Below are positions 22,923 to 34,200 of a stretch of 64,000 nucleotides of DNA, in pieces. The translations under genes were made by a program, and so were the position numbers. The notes under the pieces are model-generated. The model saw only the letters and a list, made by a program, of their open reading frames with translations, was not told where the DNA came from and did not search any database. The number at the start of each line of letters is the position of its first letter. The first letter of the stretch is position 1. This stretch comes from Planctomycetota bacterium (lineage in GTDB: Bacteria; Planctomycetota; JAJSAM01; JAJVHW01). Location: positions 1,440,001-1,504,000 of the forward strand of contig CBDFJG010000003.1 in the NCBI GenBank assembly GCA_965248445.1, given 5' to 3'.

Positions 22923-23009
22923 TGGTACCGGGAACAGGAGTCGAACCTGCACGAGCCAAAGGCTCACCAGCCCCTCAAGCTGGCGCGTCTGCCATTCCGC
23001 CATCCCGGC
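22923..23009 (-). tRNA. tRNA-Leu(GAG)
   Basis: Reverse complement GCCGGGATGGCGGAATGGCAGACGCG-CCAGC-TT-GAG-GG-GCTGG, long variable arm, GGTTCGACTCC, encoded CCA. Confidence 0.97.
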
Positions 23010-23113
23010 ACACGCAACGGAGTCGCCCCACCACATAGCCGAACGGGGGACACTCCGGACCGCGGATCGTAGAAACCCCGTGCGGCCAGGCAAGGAGTTT
23101 CCGGATCGGCCGC

Positions 23114-24980
23114 TCAGGGCTCCGTGAGCCCGAGGTCGATCACGATCTCGAAAGCGCGGCCGGAGAGAGTGGCGTCGATCGTCACGTCCCCGACGACGTC
23201 GAGCGGCGTCCACATCTCCCGGTACTCGCTGAGCGCAGCGGGAAACTCGGTCTCGTTGCGCACGTTGATGCGCTCCTGGATGGCATGGTTCTCGAACGAC
23301 ATGCGATCCGCAGCCGACCGGGCGGTGGACGAGAGGTCCAGATCACGTCGTATCGCCTGTCGCTCCGCCTTCCAGTCGTGATATGTCCGCTGGTGCGCCC
23401 ACTCCCAGCGCTGGTCGTGGAAGAACTGCCCGAGAGGGAACCCGCTCACCGATGCCGTCGCGGTGCGTCCGGTCGTCCGTGCGAGCGCCGGGTCCCCCGA
23501 TGCGTGCCGGTAGCGCAGTGCCCGCTGCAGGTAGGCCGCGTTCGTCGAGAACACGAAGAGGCCGTCCACGATGGCGCAGCACGGCGTGAGCAGGCGCCAC
23601 ATGGCTCCGAACGTGTGATGGGCCGGCCCGTACAGGCGCGCGCCGCCGGGCAGAGCGACAGGGGCGAGTTCGAGCGGGCCGCCGAACAGCGACTCGGACC
23701 GCTTCGCAAGGTCGTCCAACAGCGCGTCCCCCGCCCCGTCCGCAAGGCGGAAGACAACCAACGTCGCCGCGATCGGGTGCGCCTGACCGCCGTCGATCGG
23801 ATCATCCAGTTCGAGGTCGTCCACCTCGTCGAGGCGGGCGACGACGAATCCGGCGCCGTCCTCGAGATGGCCCGCGAGCTGCGTCGCGACCTCCGCGACC
23901 GACGTGCCCTCGTCCGCGAGCACGTCCTCGAACAAGGCACTGCGCTTGGCCGGCTGCGCGTCGACGAGCGCGCGAATGGCCTGCTCCGCGCGGACGGCGA
24001 CTCCCGCCACGACGACCGCTTCGCCGGGGAGCGCGAGACGGGCGGCCTCGGCCCGCAGGGCACGCGCGCCGCCGTCGACGGCGGACGGAAACGCCACGAC
24101 TCGCTCCGGCAGTTCGCCGGCGTACTCGCTGCTCAGGCGTATCGACACGCGATCCCACCGCGACAGGTCGACTTCGCCGTGCGAGGGACCGAGACGAGCG
24201 GGTGGGAAGACCCCGCGCCAGATCGTGAGCGCGGTCTCGGGTGCGGGGTCCCCATTCATCTCCGCAGGACCGGGACCCGCGAACTCCGCGGGACGCGCGA
24301 AGAACAGCACGCGCATGCCGGGTGACCGGTCCATCTCGAGGAGCGTGGTGTACTCCGTGTCGTTCTCGTAGCCGTGCGTCGCGGCGCCGCGGTCGCGCGC
24401 GCTCTGCACCATCTCGCGCGATGTCGACAGCAGCAGGACGTCTCGGTGGCGTGCGGCGAAGACCGTCGGGGCGCCCTCCCGTTCGAACACGACGACGTCG
24501 CCGTCGAGACGCAGGCCGTGGGACGCCAACTCGGCGGCATCCACGCGGCGGATGATCTCGAGCGCGCGAGCGCGGGCGGACATGCGGGACACGACCAGGA
24601 TCTCCTCGTCGCGCACCCCGATCAGCACGTCGCGACCGAGCAGATCACCACGGACGGTCGGCCGCGCGCCGATGCCGCGGGTCAGCTCGGCCAGGGCGTC
24701 CTCCACACGACGCAGCGGCGCGAGCAGGCGATCCTCGACCGCGAGGTCTTCGCGGACCCCGGCGACCACGGGGTGGGCCCAGAGCGTGCGTCCGGCCGGG
24801 CTGTCGAGGGCCGTGTCGGGCTGGAGGCGGACGACAAGCGGGAGGTCCGAGGGCAGCAGGAGGTCCAGGCGCCCTGCGCCGGCCTCGAGCGGGTTCCAAG
24901 GGCAGCCATGCCAGCACCGCGAACACGCCCCCAGCGAGGAGCGCGAGCACGGCGATCGTCGGTCCGCGTCGGAGGCGCAT
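23114..24980 (-). pseudogene. Hypothetical membrane-anchored/exported protein with +1 frameshift at 24898-24899 (possibly a sequencing error)
   Basis: Signal/anchor MRLRRGPTIAVLALLAGGVFAVLAWLP in one frame joins WNPLEAGAG... if one T is removed. Confidence 0.65.
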
Positions 24981-25051
24981 GGCTCGAAGTCTCGATTATC
25001 GGGTCCGGCCTCCCGCCGATTCGCGGGATTGCGGCCTCCGCCGCAATCCGG

Positions 25052-25270
25052 ACTCCTCACACCGCCCCGCGCCTGGCGCTTCGCGAGCGCCGCGATCTGT
25101 GCGTTGGCTCGGCTCGAACGGGGCGCTCTGGCCCCGACTTCGCCCCGCCGCCTGCATCTCACGACGCTCACTCGGCCAGGACCACCGTCGGGACCAGGCG
25201 GGCTCCGCCGCGCCACGAAATCACGGCGGCGACGACCTTTGGACGATTCTCGCGCGCCGGTGTGAGGAGT
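25052..25270. repeat. 219-bp segment bounded by perfect 13-bp inverted repeats
   Basis: ACTCCTCACACCG (25052-25064) / CGGTGTGAGGAGT (25258-25270). Confidence 0.75.
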
Positions 25271-25291
25271 GAGGGTTACCTTCCGCGCGGC

Positions 25292-26467
25292 ATGCGACTC
25301 TCGCAGCGGGCTCACCGTCTGACCCCCTCCCCGACCCTCGCTCTCGTGGCGCGGACGGCGGAGCTCCGTGCCGCCGGCCGGGACATCGTGTCGTTCGGTG
25401 CCGGCGAGCCTGACTTCAACACGCCGGGGAACGTGCGCGCCGCGGCAGCGCACGCCGCAGACGAGGGCCACACCGGATACACGGCCGTGGCCGGGATCGC
25501 GCCCCTGCGCGAGGCCATCGCCTCGGGCTACAGCCGGACCGGCGTGCAGTACGCGTCCGGCGACGTCCTGGTCACCTGTGGAGCGAAGCACGCGATCTTC
25601 CAGGCGCTCATGGCGCTGGTCGAGAACGGCGACCGCGTCGTCGTGCCGACGCCCTACTGGGTCTCGTATCCGGCGATGGTCCAGGTCGCCGGCGGCACTC
25701 CTGTCTACGCCGAGTGCCGCGAGGAGGACGGGTTCGTCCTGCGCCCGGAGACCCTGCGGCGGGCCGGCCGCGGCGCGCGCGTGCTTCTCCTGAACGGCGT
25801 CTCCAACCCGACCGGCGGCGTCCACTCCCCCGACGACCTCGCCGCTCTGGCCGAGGTGTGCCGCGAGCTGGATCTGGCGGTCATCAGCGACGAGATCTAC
25901 GAGTTCCTCGTGTACGACGGCGCGGCGGCGGCTCCGTTCGCATCCGTTTCCGACGACGCGGCGGCGCGCACGGTCACGGTCTCAGGCGTCAGCAAGACGT
26001 TCGCGATGACCGGCTGGCGCATCGGCTGGGCCGCCGGCCCGAGCGACGTGATCACCGCGATGCGCAAGTTGCAGGGTCAGTCGACCAGCAACGCCGCCAC
26101 GCCGTCGCAGTGGGCGGCGCTCGAGGCACTCACCGGCCCGCGGGACGAGATCGACGTCATGATCGCCGCGTTCGGCCGCCGGCGGGACCGCATGGTCGAC
26201 CTCTTGCGCGCGATCCCCGGCATGTCGGTCGCCCGCCCCAAGGGAGCGTTCTACGTCTTCCCCCGGGTGGACGGGTTCTTCGGACGGCGCACCGGAATCG
26301 ACGACTCGGCGTCCTTCGCCACGGCCCTGCTGGAGGAGGCCGACGTGGCCGTCGTCCCGGGGTCCGCGTTCGGCACCGACGCCCACGTCCGCCTTTCCTA
26401 CGCCTGCTCGATGGAGGACATCGAGCGCGGTGTCGCCCGCCTCGCCGAATGGCTCGCCAAACTGTGA
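25292..26467 (+). CDS. PLP-dependent class I/II aminotransferase (aspartate aminotransferase-like)
   Basis: GAGEPDF, PYWVSY, SNPTG, SDEIY, SKTFAMTGWRIG, GAFYVF, VRLSYA. Confidence 0.93.
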   Translation: MRLSQRAHRLTPSPTLALVARTAELRAAGRDIVSFGAGEPDFNTPGNVRAAAAHAADEGHTGYTAVAGIAPLREAIASGYSRTGVQYASGDVLVTCGAKHAIFQALMALVENGDRVVVPTPYWVSYPAMVQVAGGTPVYAECREEDGFVLRPETLRRAGRGARVLLLNGVSNPTGGVHSPDDLAALAEVCRELDLAVISDEIYEFLVYDGAAAAPFASVSDDAAARTVTVSGVSKTFAMTGWRIGWAAGPSDVITAMRKLQGQSTSNAATPSQWAALEALTGPRDEIDVMIAAFGRRRDRMVDLLRAIPGMSVARPKGAFYVFPRVDGFFGRRTGIDDSASFATALLEEADVAVVPGSAFGTDAHVRLSYACSMEDIERGVARLAEWLAKL

Positions 26468-26942
26468 GCCGTCAGCCGCCGCGACTCGACCGTCAAGCGA
26501 CGGCTTGCTCGGGCGGCTGACGACGAACGCCTGCGGCCCAAGCGGGCGTGCCAGCGCGCTAGGGAGCCGGAGCCGTAAACAACGGCTCTGGCAGCAGGAG
26601 GCTGATTTCCTCGTAACGGCGGCCGCCGCGGCCCGGAGAGTCTTCCAGACCCCACCGCTCCCGTGCGGCGCTCACGTGCCGGACGGGTTGCGATCTCCGC
26701 GGCGCGTGCGGTAACCCTCCGCACGCGCCCACTTTGATTCGGGAGGGGCTGATTCGTGAGAGACGCTTCAGACTCCCGCAAGGACCGAAACCCACCATCC
26801 CTGTGACGGGTTTCCCGTAACGCTGCCGCCGCCCGCCCGGAGAACCCGGTGCAGTCGGGGCGGCGACGAGTTGCGCGGATGATGCAGGCTGGTCGGTTCT
26901 CGGTGCCACGCAGAGGTGACGAGGGACTTCAGGAGGAATGTG

Positions 26943-27800
26943 ATGCTGGCTCGTACGACGTTGGGGATCGCACTCGCAATGTCATTGGCCGGTGGAGCCG
27001 TGGCGCTGGCTGCGATCACGCAGGCCGGGGTCCGCGGGACGCTCGCGGACACGGGTGACGGCGAGATCGCAGGTCGCTTCAGGATGAAGATCGTCGAACG
27101 CGGGGACCGCTCCCGCGAGCGCATGGTCGTGAAGGCGCACGGGCTGGACGCCACGCCCGGCGAGGACGACGCGCTGCCGGTCTACGACCTGTGGCTCGTG
27201 AACGAGGCCGGCGACGTCGAAGCCGACTTCGGCGACATGCGCCTGCACGAGTCGGGCCGCGCGCGATTCCGATTCAGCAGCCGGCGCCACGACTACCCCG
27301 AGGGCGTCGAGTCGCTGCGCGAGTTCGGCGGCGGCACGATGCAGATCCGCGATGCCGAGGGCACCGTGCTCGCCGACGGCGAGATCCCCGGGTTCCTCGG
27401 TGTCGGTGACGACAACGAAGACGGTTCGAACGCCGCGGCGCGCGCGTTCGGCCGTGAACGCCTCACCTCGCCGGACGAAGAGAGCCGCGCACGCGGGTTC
27501 GTCGAAGCGCGGTACGTGAACAGGCCGGACGTGACCCACCAGGGCATCCGTGTGGCGGCGGCCGGACTGGACCCGGAAGCGGGCCCCTACACGGTCTCGA
27601 CGCGAGCCAGCGAGAGCGCTGCGAGCGTTCTGATCGGCGAGTTGCGGCTCGGCCGTCACGGCCGCGGCGGTCTGCTGCTTTCCACCCGTCGCGATGACGT
27701 GATCCCCGGTGGCAGCGTGCTCGACCTCGGCGGACACACCGTCGAGGTGACCGATGCCGAGGGCGCCGTCGTCCTGACGGGGACGTTCCCCGAGCTGTAA
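26943..27800 (+). CDS. Hypothetical exported protein with two similar beta-rich domains
   Basis: AGGAGG RBS and signal peptide; halves echo each other (GLD..Y.L..G.MRL..GR..GVESL..GG.MQIRDAEG.VL..G.IP vs GLD..Y..GELRL..GR..SVL.LGG.VEV.DAEG.VL.G.FP). Confidence 0.75.
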   Translation: MLARTTLGIALAMSLAGGAVALAAITQAGVRGTLADTGDGEIAGRFRMKIVERGDRSRERMVVKAHGLDATPGEDDALPVYDLWLVNEAGDVEADFGDMRLHESGRARFRFSSRRHDYPEGVESLREFGGGTMQIRDAEGTVLADGEIPGFLGVGDDNEDGSNAAARAFGRERLTSPDEESRARGFVEARYVNRPDVTHQGIRVAAAGLDPEAGPYTVSTRASESAASVLIGELRLGRHGRGGLLLSTRRDDVIPGGSVLDLGGHTVEVTDAEGAVVLTGTFPEL

Positions 27801-27816
27801 TCAAGACCCTTCCTTA

Positions 27817-27871
27817 GCGCCGCAGCCCTCTGCGGCGCACCTCACGCCCGCGCGGTTCCCGCCGCGCGGGC
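27817..27871. terminator. Two GC hairpins between convergent genes
   Basis: GCGCCGCAG/CTGCGGCGC (27817-27838) and GCCCGCGCGG/CCGCGCGGGC (27846-27871). Confidence 0.5.
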
Positions 27872-27923
27872 GCTCCGATTCAATATTCGTCCGCAACGTG
27901 CGGTCGCGGGCCCCTTCCGTCGA

Positions 27924-30900
27924 TCAGATGCCGTGCACCCGGCACGCCGCTGTGATCTCGCGGTTGACACGGTTGTTGCCGAGCATCGTCGCGCGTATGT
28001 CGTCGTCCACGAGCGCGGCCTCCGCGTCGAGCACGCGCTTGGCGGCTTCCAGGTGCGTGCGGTCACCGGTCGCCTTCCAAAGGAGGTAGCGGGCCTCGCG
28101 GGACTCCACGGCGCTCAGACGCTTCTCGTGGTCCGTGAACGCCGCAAGGGCGTCCGCTGCGTCGTGACCCGCGAGGCATGCGAGCTCGCAGAGCGCCATC
28201 GTCGCGACGGCGGGGAACCGGTTCTCCGTCGCTAGATCCCGCGCAGTCTCGAGCGACTCGCGTCCGTCCGCCCCACTGCCGCCTGCGGCCAGACCACGCG
28301 CGGCGCGCAGCGACCCCAGCATGAGGTGCGTCCCCGCGGCGAGGTGCCGCTGGCCGATCTCCGCACACAGGTCGAGGCACGCGACGAAGCGTTCCTCCGC
28401 GTGCCCTTCCTCCCTCTGTTCGCGCAGGACGACACCCAGGTTGTGCTGCGCGATGGCCTCGCCCAGCCGATAGCCGATCTCGCGGCTGAGTGCGAGGTAG
28501 CGCTCGATGTGCTCCCGCGCTTCGGCCAGGCGGCCGAGAGATTGGAACGCGTTGCCCAGGTTGCCGGTGGCGGCGGCCTCGCCCCGCCGGTCACCCATCT
28601 CGCGAGACAGCGCGAGGCGACGCTGGTGGTGCGCCATGGCGCCCGCGAGGTCGCCGCGGCCCTGCAGGACGTTGCCGAGGTTCCCCGTGGCGCGCGCTTC
28701 GCCCGCGCTGTCACCGATCTCGCGGCTGATCTCGAGGTTCTGCTCGTTGTAGTCCTGCGCCTCCGCCAGGCGGCCCTGGAACTCGAACACGCCGCCCAGA
28801 CTGCCCAGCGCGGCGGACTCGCCCTCGCGGTCGCCACGTGCGCGCGCGATCTCGAGAGCCCGTCCGTAGGTGCGCTCGGCGTCGTCGTGCCGCGACGTGC
28901 CGAAGTAGAACGTGCCGAGCGCCTGCATAGCCCTGCGCAGCAGTTCGTCGTCGCCGGCCTCTTCGGCGAGACGCGCGGCTTCCTGCGCGCACTCTCCCTG
29001 CCGCGCGCGCCGGCCGAGCGAGTTGAGCGGGCCGCAAAGCCGCAGCAGTGCCGTCCCGCGTTCGGCGCCGCGGAGCAGGTCCGGCACCGCGAGGGCGCGC
29101 TCGACAAGAGCGACCGAGCGCCCGTGCAGGTAGTTCCTCTGAAGGTGCGTCTGCGCGATTGGGAGGTAACGCAGCGCCGCTTCGCCGCGCGCGCCCTGCA
29201 AGAACTGCTCACAGAGATCCACGGCGAGGGCGCCATCGAGCGTGTCGGGGTCACGCTGCGCGGCCTCCGTGCGCGACTCGAGCGCTTCGGCCAGCGCGGC
29301 GTGGTACTCCTCGCGCAGTTGCTCGTGGAGCGCTTCGTACAACGCCTCCTGAACCTGGTGGTGATCGAAGACGTAGTGGCGGCCGGCTGAGCGCGCCAGG
29401 CGGTGCCGCTTCTCGATGCGTCCGAACGCCTGCAGCGCGGGGATGCGTGACATACCGAGCACAGCGCCGACGAGCACGGGATCGAACTCGAACCCCCAGC
29501 ATGCGGCGATATCGAGCAGGTTGCGCTCGTCGTCGTCGAGGTCGGCGACGCGCGCGCTCACCAGATCCAGCACCGATGACGGGATCCGGATCTCTGCGAG
29601 CACACCCGTCGTCGCCCACGAGCCGTCTGCCTTCTGGGTCAGGAATCTCCCGTCGCGCAGACCCCGCAGGATCTCGAACACGAAGAACGGGTTGCCGTCG
29701 GACTTGGTGCCGATCTGCAATGCGAGTTCCCGGGCCAGACGCGCCGACCCGAGCGTCTCCTGCAGCAGTTCCCCGAGGTCCCGCGGGCCGAGGCGAGAGA
29801 GTTCGAGCCGGTGCGTCTGCGGGAAGCGGTCGAGTCCCGCCAGCCACGCCTCCGGCAGCCCGGGCCGCAGCGTGCCGATGAGCAGCACGCGGTGCCCCGG
29901 CACCGCCATCGCGAGGGCGGCGAACAGTGCGCGGCCCTCCCCCGGCGCGAAGTGCAGGTCGTCGATCAGCACGACGGTCGTACGCTCCACAGCGAGAGCG
30001 CGCGTGGCGTTGACGAAGCACGTCTGCAGCGAATCCTTGACGAGCGGCACCTCGCCCAGCGGCGACGGTTCACCGCGCAGCAGCGCATCGAAGGCCGGCA
30101 CCAGTATCGGCGTCGTCGGGATGTACTCCGCAGAGCCCGCCTCGCCGAGCTGCTCGCGGTACGCCGTCGAGAAGGCGCCGGCGGCGGTCGCCGCGCCGCC
30201 CGGCGGATACGAACCGAACAGGAAGTTCACGTCCTCGCCGTCGCGCAGCAGGCGTCCGATCAGTTCGTCCACCAGACGCGATTTTCCGATACCGGCTTCG
30301 CCTCCGACGAGGAGCACCTGTCCGTCGCCGCTGGATGCGCGTTCGTAGAGCGAGCGCAGGCGCGTCAGTTCGTCCTCGCGGCCGTACACCGCTGTCTCGC
30401 GCGGAATACGGATGCGTCGCAGAGGACGCTGCGTCGCCGCGCGCAGCGCACGCGAACGCGCCCGCCACCAACTGCACTCCTCGCCTTCCGCGAGGACGAC
30501 AGCCAGTTCGTCGGCCGATGAGAACCGCTTCTCGCGCTCCTTCTCGAGGAGAGTGTGCACGGCCTCCTCGAAGAACGGCGAGAGCTGCGGGTTGACGTCA
30601 CCGAGCTTCCGCGGCTCCTCGCGGGTCACCTTCTGGATCGTCTGCACCACGTCGTCAGCGAAGTACGGACACACGCCGGACGCCAGTTCGTAGAGGACGA
30701 GACCGAGCGCGTGCAGGTCCACGCGGCCGTCGAGGTCCTTCCCGCCCCGCTGGAACTGCTCCGGCGCCGCGTAGTAGAGCGACCCCACGAACATCCCCGT
30801 CTGCGAGAGCCGTTGCGCTTCGTCGGCCAGCAGCGCGACACCCAGGTCCATGATCTTGACGACGTGGTCCGGCGTGATCAGCACGTTCTCGGGCTTCATG

Positions 30901-31289
30901 TCCCGGTGGATCGCACCGGCGGCGTGGATCGCGGCCAGCCCCTTGCTCACCTCGCGGCCGATGTGCCGGCAGAGTTCCTCGGGGACGCGTTCGAGTTCGA
31001 CGAGCAACTCCGCGAGCGTCTGACCCTCGACGTACTCCATGGCGAGGAAGTGCTGCCCGTCGATCTCACCGCCGTCGAACGTGCGGACCACGTTCTCGTG
31101 CCGGACCGTCTTGCCGATCTCGATCTCGCGCTGGAAGCGCTCCGCGGCGTCGGAGCGCACGAACATCCGGTCGTGCACGATCTTGAGTGCGACGACACCG
31201 TCGGGTCCTGTCGCGCGGTAGACCGTCCCCATCCCGCCGGCGCCGACTTCGCGGTCGATCGCGTAGGGACCGAGACGTTCGCCGATCAA
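27924..31289 (-). CDS. Ser/Thr kinase - AAA_16/STAND-like NTPase - TPR protein, copy A
   Basis: GAGGMG, VALK, HRDMKPEN, DLG, YAAPE; GEAGIGKS, LIDDLH, GNPF; 40-aa TPR repeats; TTG overlaps the stop of copy B. Confidence 0.92.
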   Translation of the reverse strand: MIGERLGPYAIDREVGAGGMGTVYRATGPDGVVALKIVHDRMFVRSDAAERFQREIEIGKTVRHENVVRTFDGGEIDGQHFLAMEYVEGQTLAELLVELERVPEELCRHIGREVSKGLAAIHAAGAIHRDMKPENVLITPDHVVKIMDLGVALLADEAQRLSQTGMFVGSLYYAAPEQFQRGGKDLDGRVDLHALGLVLYELASGVCPYFADDVVQTIQKVTREEPRKLGDVNPQLSPFFEEAVHTLLEKEREKRFSSADELAVVLAEGEECSWWRARSRALRAATQRPLRRIRIPRETAVYGREDELTRLRSLYERASSGDGQVLLVGGEAGIGKSRLVDELIGRLLRDGEDVNFLFGSYPPGGAATAAGAFSTAYREQLGEAGSAEYIPTTPILVPAFDALLRGEPSPLGEVPLVKDSLQTCFVNATRALAVERTTVVLIDDLHFAPGEGRALFAALAMAVPGHRVLLIGTLRPGLPEAWLAGLDRFPQTHRLELSRLGPRDLGELLQETLGSARLARELALQIGTKSDGNPFFVFEILRGLRDGRFLTQKADGSWATTGVLAEIRIPSSVLDLVSARVADLDDDERNLLDIAACWGFEFDPVLVGAVLGMSRIPALQAFGRIEKRHRLARSAGRHYVFDHHQVQEALYEALHEQLREEYHAALAEALESRTEAAQRDPDTLDGALAVDLCEQFLQGARGEAALRYLPIAQTHLQRNYLHGRSVALVERALAVPDLLRGAERGTALLRLCGPLNSLGRRARQGECAQEAARLAEEAGDDELLRRAMQALGTFYFGTSRHDDAERTYGRALEIARARGDREGESAALGSLGGVFEFQGRLAEAQDYNEQNLEISREIGDSAGEARATGNLGNVLQGRGDLAGAMAHHQRRLALSREMGDRRGEAAATGNLGNAFQSLGRLAEAREHIERYLALSREIGYRLGEAIAQHNLGVVLREQREEGHAEERFVACLDLCAEIGQRHLAAGTHLMLGSLRAARGLAAGGSGADGRESLETARDLATENRFPAVATMALCELACLAGHDAADALAAFTDHEKRLSAVESREARYLLWKATGDRTHLEAAKRVLDAEAALVDDDIRATMLGNNRVNREITAACRVHGI

Positions 31290-34200
31290 ATGCCGGCTTC
31301 CTTGCACGCCGCCATGATCTCGCGGTTCAGGCGGAGGTTCGTGAGCATCGACTGCCGCGTCTCCTCATCGACATGCGCTACCGACTCGTCGAGCAGGCGC
31401 TTCGCCTCTTCGAGATGCGCGCGGTCGCCGGTGGCTTTCCAGAGCAGGTGGCGCGCGACGAGCCGCTCCGCTGCAGACAGCCGGTCCTCGTGCTCCGTGA
31501 AGGCCGCGAGCGCGGCCGCCGCGTCGCCACCGTGGAGGCAGGCGAGTTCGCAGCGCGCGAGCGTCTCGTAGCCGGGGGCCCCGATCGTCGCCGCCAGGTC
31601 GCGCGCCGCGTCGAGCGATGATTGCGCACCCTCGGCGTCCCCCGCCGCGGCGCGCAGGGTCCCCAGCGCCAACTGCGTCGCTGCCGCCGTGTGCCGGGCC
31701 TCCATCGCCTCGGCGAGAGCTACGCTCCGGACGAGGTACTCCTCCGCGACCGCGGTCTCGCCCTCCTCGCGGAGCACGTTGCCCAGGTTGTGGAGCGCGA
31801 TGGCGACGCCCCTTTGGTTCCCGATCTCGCCGCTGAGCGCGAGATACCGCTCCAACTGCTCCAGCGCCTCGGGCAGGCGGCCCTCGGACTGGAAGACCGT
31901 GGCCAGGTTGCCCGTTGCGGCGGCTTCTCCGGCTCGGTCCCCGATCTCGCGACTGAGTGCGAGATGCCGCGCGTAGTGGGTCCGCGCCTCCGCCATGCGT
32001 CCCTCGGCCCCGAAGACGACCCCCAGGTTCCCCGTCGCGGCGGCCTCGCCGGCACGGTCCCCGATCTCGCGGCTGACCGCGAGCTGCCTCTCCAGGTGTT
32101 TCCGCGCCTCGACCGGGCGGCCCTCGGACTGGAAGACGAGGCCGAGGCTTCCCATGGCGCGCGCCTCGGCCTGCCTGTCTCCCAGCTCGCGACTGAGCGC
32201 GAGATGCCGCGCGTGGTACTCGCGCGCCTCTTGCGGGCTGCCCTGGGACCAGAAGACGAAGCACAGCCCCCCGGCGGCGCCGGACTCCGCCATTCGGTCG
32301 CCACGAGCAAGTGCGAGGTCGAGCGCGCGGCGGAACGCCGCCTCCGCGTCCGACTGACGGGACGTGCGCCAGAAGACATGCCCCAACGCAGTGGCCGCCT
32401 GTCCGCGTAGATCGTCGTCCCCCGCCTCCTCGGCCAGGACCTCCGCCTCGCGCGCACACTCCTCTTGCCGTGTGCGGCGGCCCAGACTGTTCAGCGAGCC
32501 GGCAAGACGCAGCAACGTCTTCGCGCGCTCCGGGCCGGTCAAGAGGTCCGGGACAGCGAGCGCGCCCTCGGTCAGCGTCACGACTTGTGCGTGCCGGTAG
32601 CACTCGGTGAGATGCGTCTGCGCGGGGAGGAGGTAGCGCAGTGCCGACTCGCCGCGCGCGCCCTTCAGATAGTGCTCGCAGAGATCGACGCAGAGTGAGC
32701 CGTCGAGGGTCTCGAGGTCCGGCTCGGCGGCCTTCGTGCGGGCCTCGAGAGCGTCGGCGAGGGCCGCGTGGTACGGCTCCCGCAGGAGCTCCGACATCGC
32801 CACGTACAGGGCCTCCTGCACTTGGTGGTGATCGAAGACGTATCGCCGCCCGGAGGCCCGGACCAATCGGTGTCTCTTCTCGATGTGTCCGAGCGCACGC
32901 ATCAACGGGATCTGTGCCATCCCGAGTACGTCACCCACCAGCAGCGGGTCGAACTCGAAGCCCCAGCACGCGGCAACGTCGAGGAGGCTCCGTTCGTCCT
33001 CGGTCAAGTCCGCTACGCGCGCGCTCACCAGGTCCAGCACCGACGACGGAATCTTGATGTCGTCCACGACCTTGGTGCCGACCCAGGTGCCGTCGTCGGC
33101 CTGCGCGATGAACTGCCCTTCGCGCAAGCCGCGCAGGATCTCGAACACGAAGAACGGGTTGCCGTCGGACTTGGTCGCGATCTGGGCGGAGAGGTCATGC
33201 GCCAAGCGCTCGGACTTGAGCGTGTCCTTGAGCAGTCGCACGAGGTCCTTCGGGCCGAGACGGTTGAGCGCGAGTTGGCTCGTCTGGTCGAGTCGGGTCA
33301 GGCCGGACGTCCAGTCGCCGGAAACGCCTGGCCGGGTCGTGCCGATCAGCAGCACGCGGTGCCCCGGCACGGCCATCGCAAGTGACGTGAACAGCGCGCG
33401 GCCCTCTTCCGGCGCGAAGTGCAGGTCATCGATCAAGACGACCGTCGGGCGCTCTCGTCCCAGCGCGCGGGTGGCGTTGACGAAGCAGGTCTGGAGGGAG
33501 TCCTTGGTGAGCGCTTCCTCTCCCTTCGGAGTCGATTCGCCCCGGAGCAGCGCGTCGAAGGCCGGCACCAGCACGGGCGTCGCGGTCAGGTACTCCGCGC
33601 ACCCCGCCTCCCCGAACTGTTCGCGGTACGCCGTCGAGAAGCCGCCCGCCGCCGTTGCCGCGCCGCCCGGTGGATAGCTGCCGAACAGGAAGTTGATGTC
33701 CTCGCCGTCGCGGTGCATGCGGCCGATCAGTTCATCGACGAGACGGGACTTGCCGATTCCGGCCTCGCCCTCGATCAGGACGACGCTGCCTTCGCCTGAC
33801 TTCGCGGCGTCGTAGAGCGCACCCAGCTTGGTGAATTCGTCCTCGCGTCCGTAGACCGCCGTCTCCCGCGGGATGCGCACACGGCGGAGCGGACGCTTGG
33901 TGACCGTCCGGATCATCGACGCCCGGCGGCGCCACCACGCGGAGTCCTCGCCGTCGGCCAGCACCCTCGCGAGTTCGTCGGCGGTCTTGAACCGCTTCTC
34001 GCGGTCCTTCTCGAGGAGGCAGTGGACCACCTCCTCGAAGAACGGCGAGAGCTGCGGGTTCACGTCGCCGAGCTTGCGCGGCTCCTCCCGCAGCACCCTC
34101 TGGATCGTCTTCGGCACGTCGTCCGCGAGATACGGATTGCTGCCGCAGGCGAGTTCGTAGAGGACCAGACCGAGCGCATGCAGATCGACGCGCCCGTCCA

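Noticed and set aside
22923..23009. tRNA-Leu as an island integration site
   Set aside because: No integrase, no duplicated tRNA 3-prime end noticed and no compositional shift in the flanks
26745..26755. GGGGCTGATTC resembling the 5-prime end of tmRNA
   Set aside because: No following GGATTCGAC, no T-arm/CCA 3-prime end and no tag ORF at a suitable distance
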